Shown: piece by piece, positions 37,601-47,085 of the stretch
How the letters are laid out: every line of letters begins with the position of its first letter
Position numbering within the stretch: the stretch's first letter is position 1
From: Nanobdellati archaeon
GTDB lineage: Archaea > EX4484-52 > GLR71
Direction: 5' to 3'
NCBI GenBank assembly: GCA_019429125.1
Contig: JAHYJO010000001.1
Span: forward strand, 84,176 to 148,175
DNA length: 64,000 nucleotides
The notes under the pieces: model-generated
What the model was told of the DNA's origin: nothing
Database searches by the model: none
What the model saw: only the letters and a program-made list of their open reading frames with translations
Program-made: the position numbers and the translations under genes

Positions 37601-38791
37601 ACTTTTGAATTTAGTATGCTTACGGATGTTTCTGGAAATATAGAGACACAAATCTTGTCAGATTTTATGCAGAATTATACTGCTAAATATATTAGTGATT
37701 ATGTTATGAATATTACTAAATCTGGTTATGTGCCGATTTCGATGCCTGTTACATCGAGTTTTAAATCCATTAATGTTACACTTTTGGTTAATAATCCACC
37801 ACAAATAACTATTGATTCACCATTGAACAGTCTATATAATCATCAAGCAATCTGGTTTAATATTAGTGTGACTGATGATTGGAATTTAATTGATTGGTGT
37901 GGTTATAGTCTTAATGGTTCAGAGAATGTAACTATGTATGAAGATTCTCTTGATCATTTTTCGTTATTAAATGATACTGTATTTGTTGGATCTTATGACC
38001 TTGTATTTTATTGCAATGATACTTATGGTCTTTATAATAGTACTGATATGATTTATTTTGAAGTATTATATGATTGTATGAGTGATTCGGATTGTTCTCT
38101 TGTGGGGGATATTTGTATACAGAATGGTTGTGTTGATATAGGTTGTACTGAGTTTTGTACTTATAATGTTGATACTTTGTGTCATTCGGATTGTCATAAG
38201 GTAAATGGTTGTGATTTTTATGATAGTGTCGCTGAAACAGTTTGTAATAATAAACCTTATGGTCAATGGGTTGTTTATGATGCTACTCAGGTCATAAATT
38301 GCTGTGAAGGTATACCTAAAACATCATATGAACCTGATGTGACTTATGCAGGGCTTAATCCGTTAACGGTTTATCTGGGGGATGTGGCTGATGTTGTTGT
38401 GTCTATCAGGAATAGGAATGATTTTGAAGATACTTTTACTGTTTCTCTTGAGAGTGCATCAACTCTTAAATATTGGTCATGGTTTGCAACACATAAAAAT
38501 GATGAGAAAAGAATGAGTATGGATATGTCTTTTAAGCCATATGAGCAGAAGTTTGTAAGTCTTAAGGTGTTAGGTGCAACGGACGGTTGCTTTAAAGGCG
38601 GTTCTTCTTTAGGTATTAATGTGATTACTTCGTTTGGTAAGTCTGATAAAGAATATATTGAAGTATGTATGTTACCATCTAAAACATCTAAGTCATTTAG
38701 TCGGAATGTTTCTGGGCTGAACTATATTGGTTTTATTATCTTGATTCTTATGTCTCTTGTAATCTATAATTTTAGAGCTAATAAAGTTTGA
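34694..38791 (+). CDS. large surface protein with two DUF2341 domains, a beta-helix and a Cys-rich region
   Basis: Signal peptide; two copies of 'D.RFT...YW.E...WVKV...YYGN..A.S.SN'; 'CFTIDADNITLDCQG' beta-helix cap; C-terminal TM helix. Confidence 0.85.
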   Translation: MYFQKSGCIIVLILSILIMSVSVFAVDGILIWTADNDWDGGIYINMFSNSGNLVLSGFFNEYSDWLYQNKIIVNNTGNVEDITDYQVLVNLSSSDFDFSATTSNGDDIRFTWLNETSDVEQKIYFWIESWDSTAEEALIWVKVPYVASSTNGSIYIYYGNQSASSESNFSSITENFWLNLTSYSATPSIQTPYSFTVESDRNSWGGGTWSTGYNGIRFNYTNTQDIFVMNFTTKFTLFNNPGSYLDRSVYFLDVYTIDNNMIFSMFRYGNTMYIYDGVQPWTFSTIRNTAYSKNIGAMNTGTEYDIGLIFDGTIWSVYVDSVLKRTITQSTFKNSPAGWLSITGRPTTNFNGASDTENQITIKSDTFYQNQYTLTEPNTIIYSQEIPLIIGQYTSNTIDTLNIISRLKATWNTSDSWAYKKEINISNTGAELTDYQFKIIIDKEISMNADYSDLRFTDNNNYQLNYWVEENNIVHAIVWVKVNLSAFTNTTINVYYGNPYATSKSNESNIFLFYDDFSSSSFISYENDCKPDSMSTSTTQSGTYYTAPYGAFIDTGYNGFCGDAGLVKEITLPDISGNISIAFAIKGWGAFWSGSRGIIIERDGYDYGPKACDLGQTYFWLACATRRGNSCGSLTHPETGLLYTPPIITGSWQEFTRDITPFSGKTFRLRILTHDYSNIYCNFGDHAQDLWVDDIKIKKDTEIKPTISTVSPPMSGDISVEFSADGTNWLEISNNTNYTIGGGIGSGTEIRYRINMLTLNARQSPKVHDITLEYDSGFNSCGSLSDENRQYLLNNDVSASGTCFTIDADNITLDCQGYIINYSQSGVGYGVEVNSGYDNITVKNCNIVQGSETDNSYAVDLSSSWDSVLLNNTITTVGDNSYGIYFSNSKNNTVYNTYFSVVDDVDIYVRGTGNYKNVIINSTFDVDEIYFESDNSGSIEVLFYFNLYVNDSNGSSIEGVNVTVWQIDGTFEFSMLTDVSGNIETQILSDFMQNYTAKYISDYVMNITKSGYVPISMPVTSSFKSINVTLLVNNPPQITIDSPLNSLYNHQAIWFNISVTDDWNLIDWCGYSLNGSENVTMYEDSLDHFSLLNDTVFVGSYDLVFYCNDTYGLYNSTDMIYFEVLYDCMSDSDCSLVGDICIQNGCVDIGCTEFCTYNVDTLCHSDCHKVNGCDFYDSVAETVCNNKPYGQWVVYDATQVINCCEGIPKTSYEPDVTYAGLNPLTVYLGDVADVVVSIRNRNDFEDTFTVSLESASTLKYWSWFATHKNDEKRMSMDMSFKPYEQKFVSLKVLGATDGCFKGGSSLGINVITSFGKSDKEYIEVCMLPSKTSKSFSRNVSGLNYIGFIILILMSLVIYNFRANKV

Positions 38792-38845
38792 ATTTTAATT
38801 GATAATTTTTGAATTTAGTTAGTGAGAAATTAAAAAAATAGAAGA

Positions 38846-38972
38846 TGGGCTCGAAGGGGTTTGAACCCTCGACTTCCGGCTCTCCAAGACCAATACTTAG
38901 GAAAGCAAGTTCCGAATTTATGAAACGTGGCCATATAAGACCGGCGCTCCAACCAGACTGAGCTACGAGCCC
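38846..38972 (-). tRNA. tRNA-Ile(TAT) with a 52-nt intron at 37/38 (38882-38933)
   Basis: GGGCTCGTAGCTCAGTCTGGTTGGAGCG-CCGGT-CTTATA[intron]A-GCCGG-AAGTCGAGGGTTCAAACCCCTTCGAGCCCA, with BHB-like pairing at the junctions. Confidence 0.88.
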
Positions 38973-39062
38973 TTCTATTAAAAGTTATTGCAAAACCAAT
39001 ATAAAGTTTAGCAACATTTATCTGATTTAATAGACAATTTTATATATATTGTGGCGTTTGGC

Positions 39063-39965
39063 ATGCAAAACTCGGTAATTGAATACATAAAAAAAGGATT
39101 AATTGGAAGGGATTTTGAGCTTATTCAGTTCGAGCGCTATTGTTTTGATATCGCGGCTAAAAAGAAAGATGCATTTATCCTTATAAAAATTCTTTCAAAT
39201 GTGGATAGTTTTTCGAGTGCGCAGGCAGATGACCTTAAAAATATGGGTTCGGCAATAGGGGCTTCACCTGTAATCTGTGGTATTCGTGGTCGTAATTTTA
39301 AGATTTCTGAGAATTATGTATATGAACGTTTCGGTATATATGTAGTACATCCTGAAACATTTTTGAATTCTTTAGATCTTGTTCTTCCTTTTATATTATC
39401 TCGGAAAGGAAAAAATACAGTTTCAATTGATACTGAGCGCCTTCATGACATAAGGATCCATCTTGATCTATCTTTTCAGAAGATGTCTGGTACAATTGGC
39501 GTATCTAAAAAGACACTTTATCTTGCTGAGAAAACTGGGCGTACCAGTGATTATGTTGTAGAAGCTATTGAGGAATTGATTAATGAAGTGATACGGCGCC
39601 CCGTGGATATATTTTCATCAGAGATGCATTTTAGGCAGCGCGAAAAGACTATGTTGGAAAAGAAACTTACACAGATGACTTCTAAGTTTGGTTATTCTGA
39701 TTTTGTGTTTCATACTGCACCCGTAAAAATAGTACTTAAAGCTGATGATGATTCGTGCATGTGTGATGCAGAGTCTAAATTTATTAATGAACAGAAGATG
39801 TCAGATCTTAAGAAATTGAGTGAATTTTGTGATTTTTTACCGGTTGTTATTGTTGAGAACACATCCTCTGAATCATCTTGCGGGATTGCATTCGTTGATA
39901 TCAAAGAGATTCGGAAGATTCATTCTAAGAAAGAATTGATTGAACTTATATATGGTAGGATTTGA
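39063..39965 (+). CDS. archaeal HTH transcriptional regulator (COG1395-like)
   Basis: 'CFDIAAKK...IKILSNVDS...VYERFGI', central Cro-like HTH 'GVSKKTLYLAEK'. Confidence 0.82.
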   Translation: MQNSVIEYIKKGLIGRDFELIQFERYCFDIAAKKKDAFILIKILSNVDSFSSAQADDLKNMGSAIGASPVICGIRGRNFKISENYVYERFGIYVVHPETFLNSLDLVLPFILSRKGKNTVSIDTERLHDIRIHLDLSFQKMSGTIGVSKKTLYLAEKTGRTSDYVVEAIEELINEVIRRPVDIFSSEMHFRQREKTMLEKKLTQMTSKFGYSDFVFHTAPVKIVLKADDDSCMCDAESKFINEQKMSDLKKLSEFCDFLPVVIVENTSSESSCGIAFVDIKEIRKIHSKKELIELIYGRI

Positions 39966-40070
39966 ATATTTAAGGGATGTTTGTTTAGTATTTAGTGTGT
40001 TCAGGTGAAATCTAATTTGTAAGATTTATGATGAATATTTTTTTATATTTTTGATGGATAATATATAGTT

Positions 40071-40255
40071 ATGTTAGAAAATGCGGAACGCTTTTTTAAG
40101 GTCTATTCAGGTATTCCAATTGACGAAAGAAGTAAGCCTATAGTAATTATTGATGAGGAACTATAAACTGGAAGTTAATTCATGAAGAGATAAGTAATGA
40201 AACTGAAAGGGTAAAGGCAATTTTGAAAATGTTAATTGAGTTGGAAATAATATGA
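40071..40255 (+). pseudogene. small hypothetical protein 1 of the protease-associated triad (frameshifted)
   Basis: MLENAERFFKVYSGIPIDERSKPIVIIDEE / INWKLIHEEISNETERVKAILKMLIELEII*; one base is missing near 40161. Confidence 0.65.
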
Positions 40256-40465
40256 GTAACGAAAAAGAGATTTTAATAAAAAGGATAGTAATAGAACGTA
40301 TTAAAACTATGGCTCCAAATGTTAAGATTGTATTAGGGGTCTAATGGTGGATTTTTAGATAGGAATGGGTTACTTTTAGAAATTAATAATAATACTGATA
40401 TAAGAAATAAAATTATTGAAATTCAATTAAAATATATGCGTGCGTTGAAGGAAGTTTTAGTATAA
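40252..40465 (+). pseudogene. small hypothetical protein 2 of the protease-associated triad (frameshifted)
   Basis: ATGA overlap with the previous gene; MSNEKEILIKRIVIERIKTMAPNVKIVLG / SNGGFLDRNGLLLEINNNTDIRNKIIEIQLKYMRALKEVLV*; extra G at about 40339. Confidence 0.65.
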
Positions 40466-40467
40466 AT

Positions 40468-41107
40468 ATGAAAACTATATTTTTTGTTAGACCTTGTCAT
40501 GATTCTGTTACTTCTTATTTGCATTATTATAGTAAACAATTGTTAAACGAATCAGAGGATAGAGGTTTAAAAACAATAAATAAAGACAAAGAGGATGCAA
40601 ATAGGGAGGTAGTAAAGAAGGTTATTAATAAAATAAATCCTGATTTTATTATGTTTAATGGGTATGGTAATCCTACAATGATTTGTGAACATAATAATGA
40701 CGTGATTATTGAAAAGGATGATAATCATGATTTATTTAAAGACAGGATAATTTATTCTTTATCGTGTAGTTCTGCATTAGAATTAGATAAAACTGTGGGG
40801 GGGTAGCAGTACTACTTTTATTGGTTATGTTGATGATTTTGCATTGAGGACGGATAATAATTGTCAAGCTACAATTCATAGAGATAATAGGGCAAATTTA
40901 TTCCTTGAACCTTCAAATTTATTGGTTGAATCTATTTTAAAAGGAAATTCTGCAAAAGAAGCAGTTCTAAAGGCAAAAACGTTGATGAGAAGAAATATTT
41001 CAATATTGAAAACAGATCAGTTTCCCGATGTAAAGGATTATCTCCCTTATCTTTTTAATAATTATTTGATTTTGGATATTATAGGTAATGAATCTGCACG
41101 TTTGTGA
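40468..41107 (+). pseudogene. clan CD (gingipain/caspase-like) cysteine protease, frameshifted
   Basis: 'FIMFNGYG' (His-Gly motif read as Tyr), 'IIYSLSCSSA' and 'FIGY'. ORFs 40468-40806 and 40844-41107 join through a frameshift in the G7 run at 40797-40803. Confidence 0.7.
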
Positions 41108-41115
41108 GTTTCCCT

Positions 41116-42060
41116 TCATTCTAAAACCTTAATACTATCAACTTTACCATCACCATCAATGTCAAGACCTTCAACTACACAGGCCCAGTTGTCTTCGCCG
41201 TTGTATTTTTCAAGGATTGTTTCTGTGAATCTTGTGAGCGCTAATACGGCAGCTTTTGTTCCGTTTGCTCTGTTTCCTGCAAAGATTAGTATACTTTTGG
41301 TTGTGTTTATTGGGTTTACTATTTTTGCGATGACCCCTATGTTGTCTTCATTATAAGTTTTTCCAGTCTTTTTGGATATTATGCCTCTGAATGGAAACGT
41401 GTCTATTTTGAATTTGACTTGTAGGTAATTGTTTACATCACTTGTTATTAGATTTGTGAGCGGACCGCCTACGATTATCAGATTGGTGTCTATTGTGTCT
41501 TTGGATTTTATGTCAATGTCAAGCGCTGTTGTGAACTTTTCAGGCATAGATACAATCTGTCCTAGAAATAATGCTACGTCTATTGCGTAATGACCGTCTC
41601 TTGCGCGCACTTGATGGGGTCCGTGAGGGTCGGGTGAGCCTACAACTATATGGGCGTTTAATTGTCCGTTGTTTATGAAGGGATAAAGGAATGATTTTTG
41701 CTTTTCAGATTCATTTCTCATCGGAAAATCTGCAAGTTTCATGTCGCCGGATGGCAGTTCAAGTGCAAATGCGTTGTTTGTTACTGTATAATATTTCGCG
41801 AGAGTACCACCTTGTTCTTTTTTGCTTTTTACTTCAATGAGACCGTTTGCTTCAAGCTGTTTTATGTGGTAGTAAACTTTTTGCTCGTGAATATGAAGAT
41901 ATTTTGCGATGTCTGCAGGGTATCTCGGTCGCTCTGCAAGAAGTTTTAGGATTTCCCATCGCGTATTGTTTAGAAGACCTTTTAGTTTTTCAGGTTCATC
42001 TACAAGAATTGCATCTTTTGAGAAGAATTTGCCGTTAATCTCTTTTATTATCTGTGCCAT
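41116..42060 (-). CDS. ArsR-type HTH regulator fused to an S-layer-like domain
   Basis: HTH 'RWEILKLLAERPRYPADIAKYLHIHEQKVYYHIKQLEANGLI'; C-domain 'IVVGSPDPHGP...NLIIVGGPLTN...LIFAGNRANGTKAA'. Confidence 0.85.
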   Translation of the reverse strand: MAQIIKEINGKFFSKDAILVDEPEKLKGLLNNTRWEILKLLAERPRYPADIAKYLHIHEQKVYYHIKQLEANGLIEVKSKKEQGGTLAKYYTVTNNAFALELPSGDMKLADFPMRNESEKQKSFLYPFINNGQLNAHIVVGSPDPHGPHQVRARDGHYAIDVALFLGQIVSMPEKFTTALDIDIKSKDTIDTNLIIVGGPLTNLITSDVNNYLQVKFKIDTFPFRGIISKKTGKTYNEDNIGVIAKIVNPINTTKSILIFAGNRANGTKAAVLALTRFTETILEKYNGEDNWACVVEGLDIDGDGKVDSIKVLE

Positions 42061-42370
42061 ATTAATCTAATCCTATTTTATTATTTATTTTGTGTATTTT
42101 TTTAATATTTTTGTGTATTTTTTTCTGTGTTATAATTTATGTGAATATACGTGATTTTATGTAAATATTAGTTATGATTTGTTTTTTAGTATTATTATAA
42201 GTTTGATTATAATAGTCTTCATTATTTGTATATTTGTCGTCTTTTTCTTTATAAATGTTTGGTTTAGTATATAAACCCCATTATAAAACCAGTTGTAATA
42301 CCCTTAATCACTTTTGAAAAACCTTTTTATAGCTCGTTTTATTATTATATTTTGTTATTTGGTAAATTAT

Positions 42371-44152
42371 ATGTGTGGGATAGTCGGCTATAAAGGAAAA
42401 AGAGAGGCTTACAAGATTATACTTGACAGCCTTAAGACTCTTGAATATAGAGGTTATGATTCTTGGGGTGTTGCTGTTATCGGTAATCCTTCAATTTCTG
42501 TTGTGAAAGAAGTAGGCATGATAAGTGATGCTGATTCTTTGATAAATAATACTAAAATTACTAAGGGTACAACGGGTGTTGGGCATACTCGATGGGCGAC
42601 ACATGGTAATGTTACAGAAGCTAATTCTCATCCGCACTTGTCAACTGATGGCAAGATTGCTGTGGTTCATAATGGTATAATTGAAAATTATCAGTCTCTT
42701 AGGGGCGAACTTAAGAAAAAAGGATATGTGTTCAAGTCTGATACAGATAGTGAGGTAATCCCATATCTTATTGAAGATTTTTTGAAAAGTGAAACCGGTA
42801 TTTCTTTTGAGGATGCTTTCCGTAAGACATTATATCTTCTTGAAGGTACATATGCAATTGTTGCGATAGATAAAGATTCAGAGACTATGTTGTGTGTACG
42901 TAAAGATTCACCTATTGTTATAGGTGTGGGTGATGGTGAATATTTTATCGCGAGCGATGCTCCTGCATTTATTGAACATACAAAAAATGTTATATTTTTA
43001 GAAAATGATGAGCTTGTAGCATTTAATGGTGATATGAAAATTATAGATCTAGTTACTGGTAAAAAATTATCTAAAAAACCACAAGTCATTGATTGGGATG
43101 TTGAGCAGGCAAAGAAAGGTGAATTCAAACATTACATGCTTAAAGAGATTTCAGAACAGAAAGAGACAATAAATAAGGCGATACATCAGGATAATAAAGT
43201 AATTCAAGATATAGCCGATGCAATAAATGAGTCTTACGGTACATTTTTTATAGCTTCAGGATCGTCTTACCATGCTGCGCTTTCAGCATCATATACATTT
43301 TCTAGGATTGCAAAAAAACATATCAATGTTGTTGATGCATCTGAATTTCCTAATTATGAGCATTTCTTGACTCCGCAGACGCTAATGATTACTGTGTCAC
43401 AATCAGGTGAGACAGCAGATGTACTTGATGCGGTCAAGGTTGCCAAAAAGAAAGGGGTCAAGATAATCTCCATTGTCAATGTCATGGGTTCTTCTCTTAT
43501 GAGAAATTCTAATTATTCGCTTCTTATGAATGTAGGTCCAGAAATCTGTGTCCTTTCAACTAAAAGTTATACGTCGCAACTGTCAATCCTTACACTTTTA
43601 GCTTATGCATCTGTTGGTAAGCTTGATGAAGGTAAAGCACTCTTGAAATGTGTTGCCAATCATGTGGGTGAACTTACAGACCCTAAAGTGCTCCTTGATA
43701 CTGTTGAGGTTGCTTCATATCTTAAAGATAAGGAACATCTGTATGTGATTGGTCGTGGGCAGAGCTATCCGACTGCACTTGAGGCAGCACTTAAAATTAA
43801 AGAGGTGTCATACATCCATGCAGAAGGGTTTGCGGGTGGGAGTCTTAAACATGGTCCTATTGCCCTAATTGAGAAAGGTACACCTTGCATTGTCTTTGCA
43901 CCAAATGACGAGACTAAAAAAGAGGTTTTGAGTAATGCTATGGAAATAAAATCTCGTGGGGGGTACATAATAGGTGTATCTGATATGGATAATGAAATAT
44001 TTGATTATTTTATCAAGGTTCCTGATGTGGGGCATGCGTCGCCAATCTGTGACATCATCCCTATTCAGGTGCTGTCATATTATCTTGCTATACTTCGTGG
44101 GTGCAATCCTGATAGGCCACGAAATCTTGCAAAGAGCGTGACTGTCAAATGA
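42371..44152 (+). CDS. glmS: glutamine--fructose-6-phosphate transaminase (isomerizing)
   Basis: Starts MCGIVG (Ntn catalytic Cys); 'LEYRGYDS', 'HTRWATHG', 'SQSGETAD', 'PRNLAKSVTVK'. Confidence 0.96.
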   Translation: MCGIVGYKGKREAYKIILDSLKTLEYRGYDSWGVAVIGNPSISVVKEVGMISDADSLINNTKITKGTTGVGHTRWATHGNVTEANSHPHLSTDGKIAVVHNGIIENYQSLRGELKKKGYVFKSDTDSEVIPYLIEDFLKSETGISFEDAFRKTLYLLEGTYAIVAIDKDSETMLCVRKDSPIVIGVGDGEYFIASDAPAFIEHTKNVIFLENDELVAFNGDMKIIDLVTGKKLSKKPQVIDWDVEQAKKGEFKHYMLKEISEQKETINKAIHQDNKVIQDIADAINESYGTFFIASGSSYHAALSASYTFSRIAKKHINVVDASEFPNYEHFLTPQTLMITVSQSGETADVLDAVKVAKKKGVKIISIVNVMGSSLMRNSNYSLLMNVGPEICVLSTKSYTSQLSILTLLAYASVGKLDEGKALLKCVANHVGELTDPKVLLDTVEVASYLKDKEHLYVIGRGQSYPTALEAALKIKEVSYIHAEGFAGGSLKHGPIALIEKGTPCIVFAPNDETKKEVLSNAMEIKSRGGYIIGVSDMDNEIFDYFIKVPDVGHASPICDIIPIQVLSYYLAILRGCNPDRPRNLAKSVTVK

Positions 44153-44216
44153 AAAATGTATAAACTATTTATGTGACTGTTGAATAATCTGTTATATTGA
44201 AAGTTTTGGTGAAAAT

Positions 44217-45590
44217 ATGGATATGTCAATTTTTAGGGCCTACGATGTCCGTGGTGTGTATGGTAAATCTTTGACTGACGAAGTTATGGAAAAAATTGGT
44301 CTTGCGCTTTCCATGCTCATGAAATCAAAGGATATGGGTTCTGAAATTTTGGTAGGGGCTGATATAAGGTCATCTAGTCCTGCTCTTCTGGATGCGTTTG
44401 TTCGTGGGGCTACTCGCGGTGGGCTTGATGTGGTCAATTGTGGCATAACATCATTTGGGGTTGCTCTTTTTTCTGGCTGGAAACTTAAGAAAGATGTTAC
44501 TGCATTTATTACTGCATCTCACAATCCTTCTGAATGGAACGGTATTAAGTTTTATGATAAGGAGTGCATTGGTTTTTTTGAGGATGTGAATCGCGAGCTT
44601 GGTGAGATTGTGGCTCACGGTGTTTTTGTACAACCTGATTCTGTTGGTAAGGTGTTATCAGTTGATATGTGCGATGATTATGTTAAATATTTGTCTGATG
44701 CATTTTCTATTGATAAAAATGTAAAGGTTGTGGTTGATTGCGGTAACGGGAGTACTTCTCTTTCTGCACCTAATGTTTTTGCAGTAGTTGATAATATTGA
44801 TTCGACTGTTATCTTTGATAATGTGGATCCTAATTTTTCAGATAGGGGTTCTGATGTTGAGGCTGAAAATCTTCAAAAGCTTAAAAGTAAGGTCTTGGAG
44901 ACGGGGGCTGCTTTTGGTGTGGGTTTTGATGGCGATGGTGACAGGGCGGGCATTGTTGATGATACTGGGCAGATACTTAATTCAGATCAGGTGACTTATG
45001 CGCTTGCGAAGTATATGTTTTCCGGTAATAATGATGTTTTAATAATCAATGTTGAGTGTTCAATGGCAACTGAAAAGCAGGTTGAAAAAATGGGTGGGCG
45101 TGTCGTGAGGATTCCTGTAGGTCATACATACATGATGCAGTCTGCAAAGGAGGAGAATGCAATACTTGGTGAAGAGACTGCATTTCATTTTGTGATTCCT
45201 CAATATTTCCCGTTTGATGATGCAATTTTAGTGCCATTGAAGCTTGCTGAAATCCTTTCAAAGACTGACATGAAACTTTCAGAGATTGTATCTGAATTTC
45301 CGTTGTATCCTAAACGAAGGGTTGCTCTTGATTGTCCGGATGATATCAAGTTTGATGTAGTCTCTAATCTTAAGGACAATTTTATTGAGCAGTATGGGAA
45401 TGAAAAAGTCAATACTCTTGATGGTGTCCGTGTGGATTTCTCTGATGGGTGGGTTCTTATCAGGGTGTCTAATACTGCACCCATACTTCGTGTGACCAGT
45501 GAGGCAATTTCGGAGCAGAGGATGAATGAGATACTTGAAAATTATTCTTTGATTGTTAAGGATGTGATTGAAACGTTGAGGGGTGTGTGA
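44217..45590 (+). CDS. glmM: phosphohexomutase (phosphoglucosamine mutase / PMM-PGM family)
   Basis: 'IFRAYDVRG', 'TASHNP', 'FDGDGDR', 'LIRVSNTAP'; lies between glmS and glmU. Substrate is inferred from context. Confidence 0.8.
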   Translation: MDMSIFRAYDVRGVYGKSLTDEVMEKIGLALSMLMKSKDMGSEILVGADIRSSSPALLDAFVRGATRGGLDVVNCGITSFGVALFSGWKLKKDVTAFITASHNPSEWNGIKFYDKECIGFFEDVNRELGEIVAHGVFVQPDSVGKVLSVDMCDDYVKYLSDAFSIDKNVKVVVDCGNGSTSLSAPNVFAVVDNIDSTVIFDNVDPNFSDRGSDVEAENLQKLKSKVLETGAAFGVGFDGDGDRAGIVDDTGQILNSDQVTYALAKYMFSGNNDVLIINVECSMATEKQVEKMGGRVVRIPVGHTYMMQSAKEENAILGEETAFHFVIPQYFPFDDAILVPLKLAEILSKTDMKLSEIVSEFPLYPKRRVALDCPDDIKFDVVSNLKDNFIEQYGNEKVNTLDGVRVDFSDGWVLIRVSNTAPILRVTSEAISEQRMNEILENYSLIVKDVIETLRGV

Positions 45591-45594
45591 TTTT

Positions 45595-46938
45595 ATGCAG
45601 GCACTTATTCTTGCGGCTGGAAAAGGTACAAGGATTATGCCTTTTACTTGTACGCGCCCAAAACCTATGATATCTGTTGCTAATAAATCAATACTTGAGC
45701 ATAATCTTATTCAACTTTTAGGGCTTGTGGACGAAGTCATAATTGTTGTGGGATATCGTTCTGATATAATAAAAAATCATTTCGGTGATTCTTTTAAAGG
45801 GGTGCGAATTAGGTATATATCTCAGAAAGATCAGCTTGGAACAGGGCACGCGGTTCTTCAGGCAGAAACGATGATTAAAGGAAAATTTATAATCCTTTAT
45901 GGAGATGATCTTTATCATAGGGACGATATCAAAAGATGTATTGGGCATGATTTCAGTGTTTTGGCAAAAGAAGTATTTGATCCAAAACGGTTCGGTGTTT
46001 TTACAGTCAAGGGTAATAAAGTTGTCGATCTTGTTGAAAAACCTGAAAAACCTAAATCTAATCTTGTAAATACTGGCGTGTATGTCCTTGATGATAATAT
46101 ATTTTCCATACTAAAAAAGATTGATAAATCTAAACGTGGAGAATATGAATTCACTGATGCAGTGCTTGAAATTTCAAAGTCAAATGATGTATTCTGCGAG
46201 GTTGTGAAAAAATATTGGATTCCTGTGGGGTATCCTTATGATATTCTTCTTGCTAATGAAATAAAGGTTGCTGAAGTGTTTGAGAAATCTAAAGATTCCA
46301 GTAAATTAATTGATAAAGGTGCTATTATTGAAGATGGCGTAGTCCTTAAAGGTGATGTTGCTGTCGGGTGTGGTACTGTCATAAAGAGTGGTACTTATAT
46401 TGAAGGTCCGTGTGTCATAGGTAATGATTCAAAGATTGGTCCAAATGCATATATACGCGCAAGGACTGCAATTGGTAATAATTGTCACATCGGTGCATTT
46501 GTTGAACTCAAGAACACTATTGTTATGAATAATTCTAATGTTCCGCATCTGTGTTATATCGGTGATTCAGTCATTGGTGAGCATGTCAATCTTGGTGCGG
46601 GTACAATAGGTGCTAATTTGCGCCATGATGGAACTAATGTCAAACTAATGTGTAATGGCGGTGTGCTGATAGATAGTGGTCGCAGAAAGCTTGGATGTTT
46701 TATTGCAGACTATTCTAAGACGGGGGTAAAAACAGTTTTGTCTCCAGGAATTATGATTGGTCCGTTTTCTTGGACTAGTTCTGCTGAAGAGGTTAACAGG
46801 AACCTGAAACCGTTTGAGATTCTTTCGAGAGGTAAGGTATCGGCTATTAATGTATCGCGATTTGATAAACTACTTAAGACAAAACATGACCGTAAGGTTA
46901 TGGAATCTCTTTATTCTTATGTCAAGGTAAAGTATTGA
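45595..46938 (+). CDS. glmU: bifunctional sugar-1-phosphate nucleotidylyltransferase/acetyltransferase
   Basis: 'ILAAGKGTR...RPKPM' followed by hexapeptide repeats 'IGPNAYIR...HLCYIGDSVIG...NLGAGT..ANLRHD'. Confidence 0.9.
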   Translation: MQALILAAGKGTRIMPFTCTRPKPMISVANKSILEHNLIQLLGLVDEVIIVVGYRSDIIKNHFGDSFKGVRIRYISQKDQLGTGHAVLQAETMIKGKFIILYGDDLYHRDDIKRCIGHDFSVLAKEVFDPKRFGVFTVKGNKVVDLVEKPEKPKSNLVNTGVYVLDDNIFSILKKIDKSKRGEYEFTDAVLEISKSNDVFCEVVKKYWIPVGYPYDILLANEIKVAEVFEKSKDSSKLIDKGAIIEDGVVLKGDVAVGCGTVIKSGTYIEGPCVIGNDSKIGPNAYIRARTAIGNNCHIGAFVELKNTIVMNNSNVPHLCYIGDSVIGEHVNLGAGTIGANLRHDGTNVKLMCNGGVLIDSGRRKLGCFIADYSKTGVKTVLSPGIMIGPFSWTSSAEEVNRNLKPFEILSRGKVSAINVSRFDKLLKTKHDRKVMESLYSYVKVKY

Positions 46939-47085
46939 GGGTTTTTAAGTTGGTTTTGATATTTTTATATTTTATTATTTGTTTTCGTATACGCACATAA
47001 TCATAAAGATTTATAAAACTTGGTTACGAATGAATCATTACTTTTTACAGAATTAGATTATACAGTTTCTTAGAAAATATGGAGG

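Noticed and set aside
38882-38933. C/D-box guide RNA inside the tRNA-Ile intron
   Set aside because: No RTGATGA or CTGA boxes are present.
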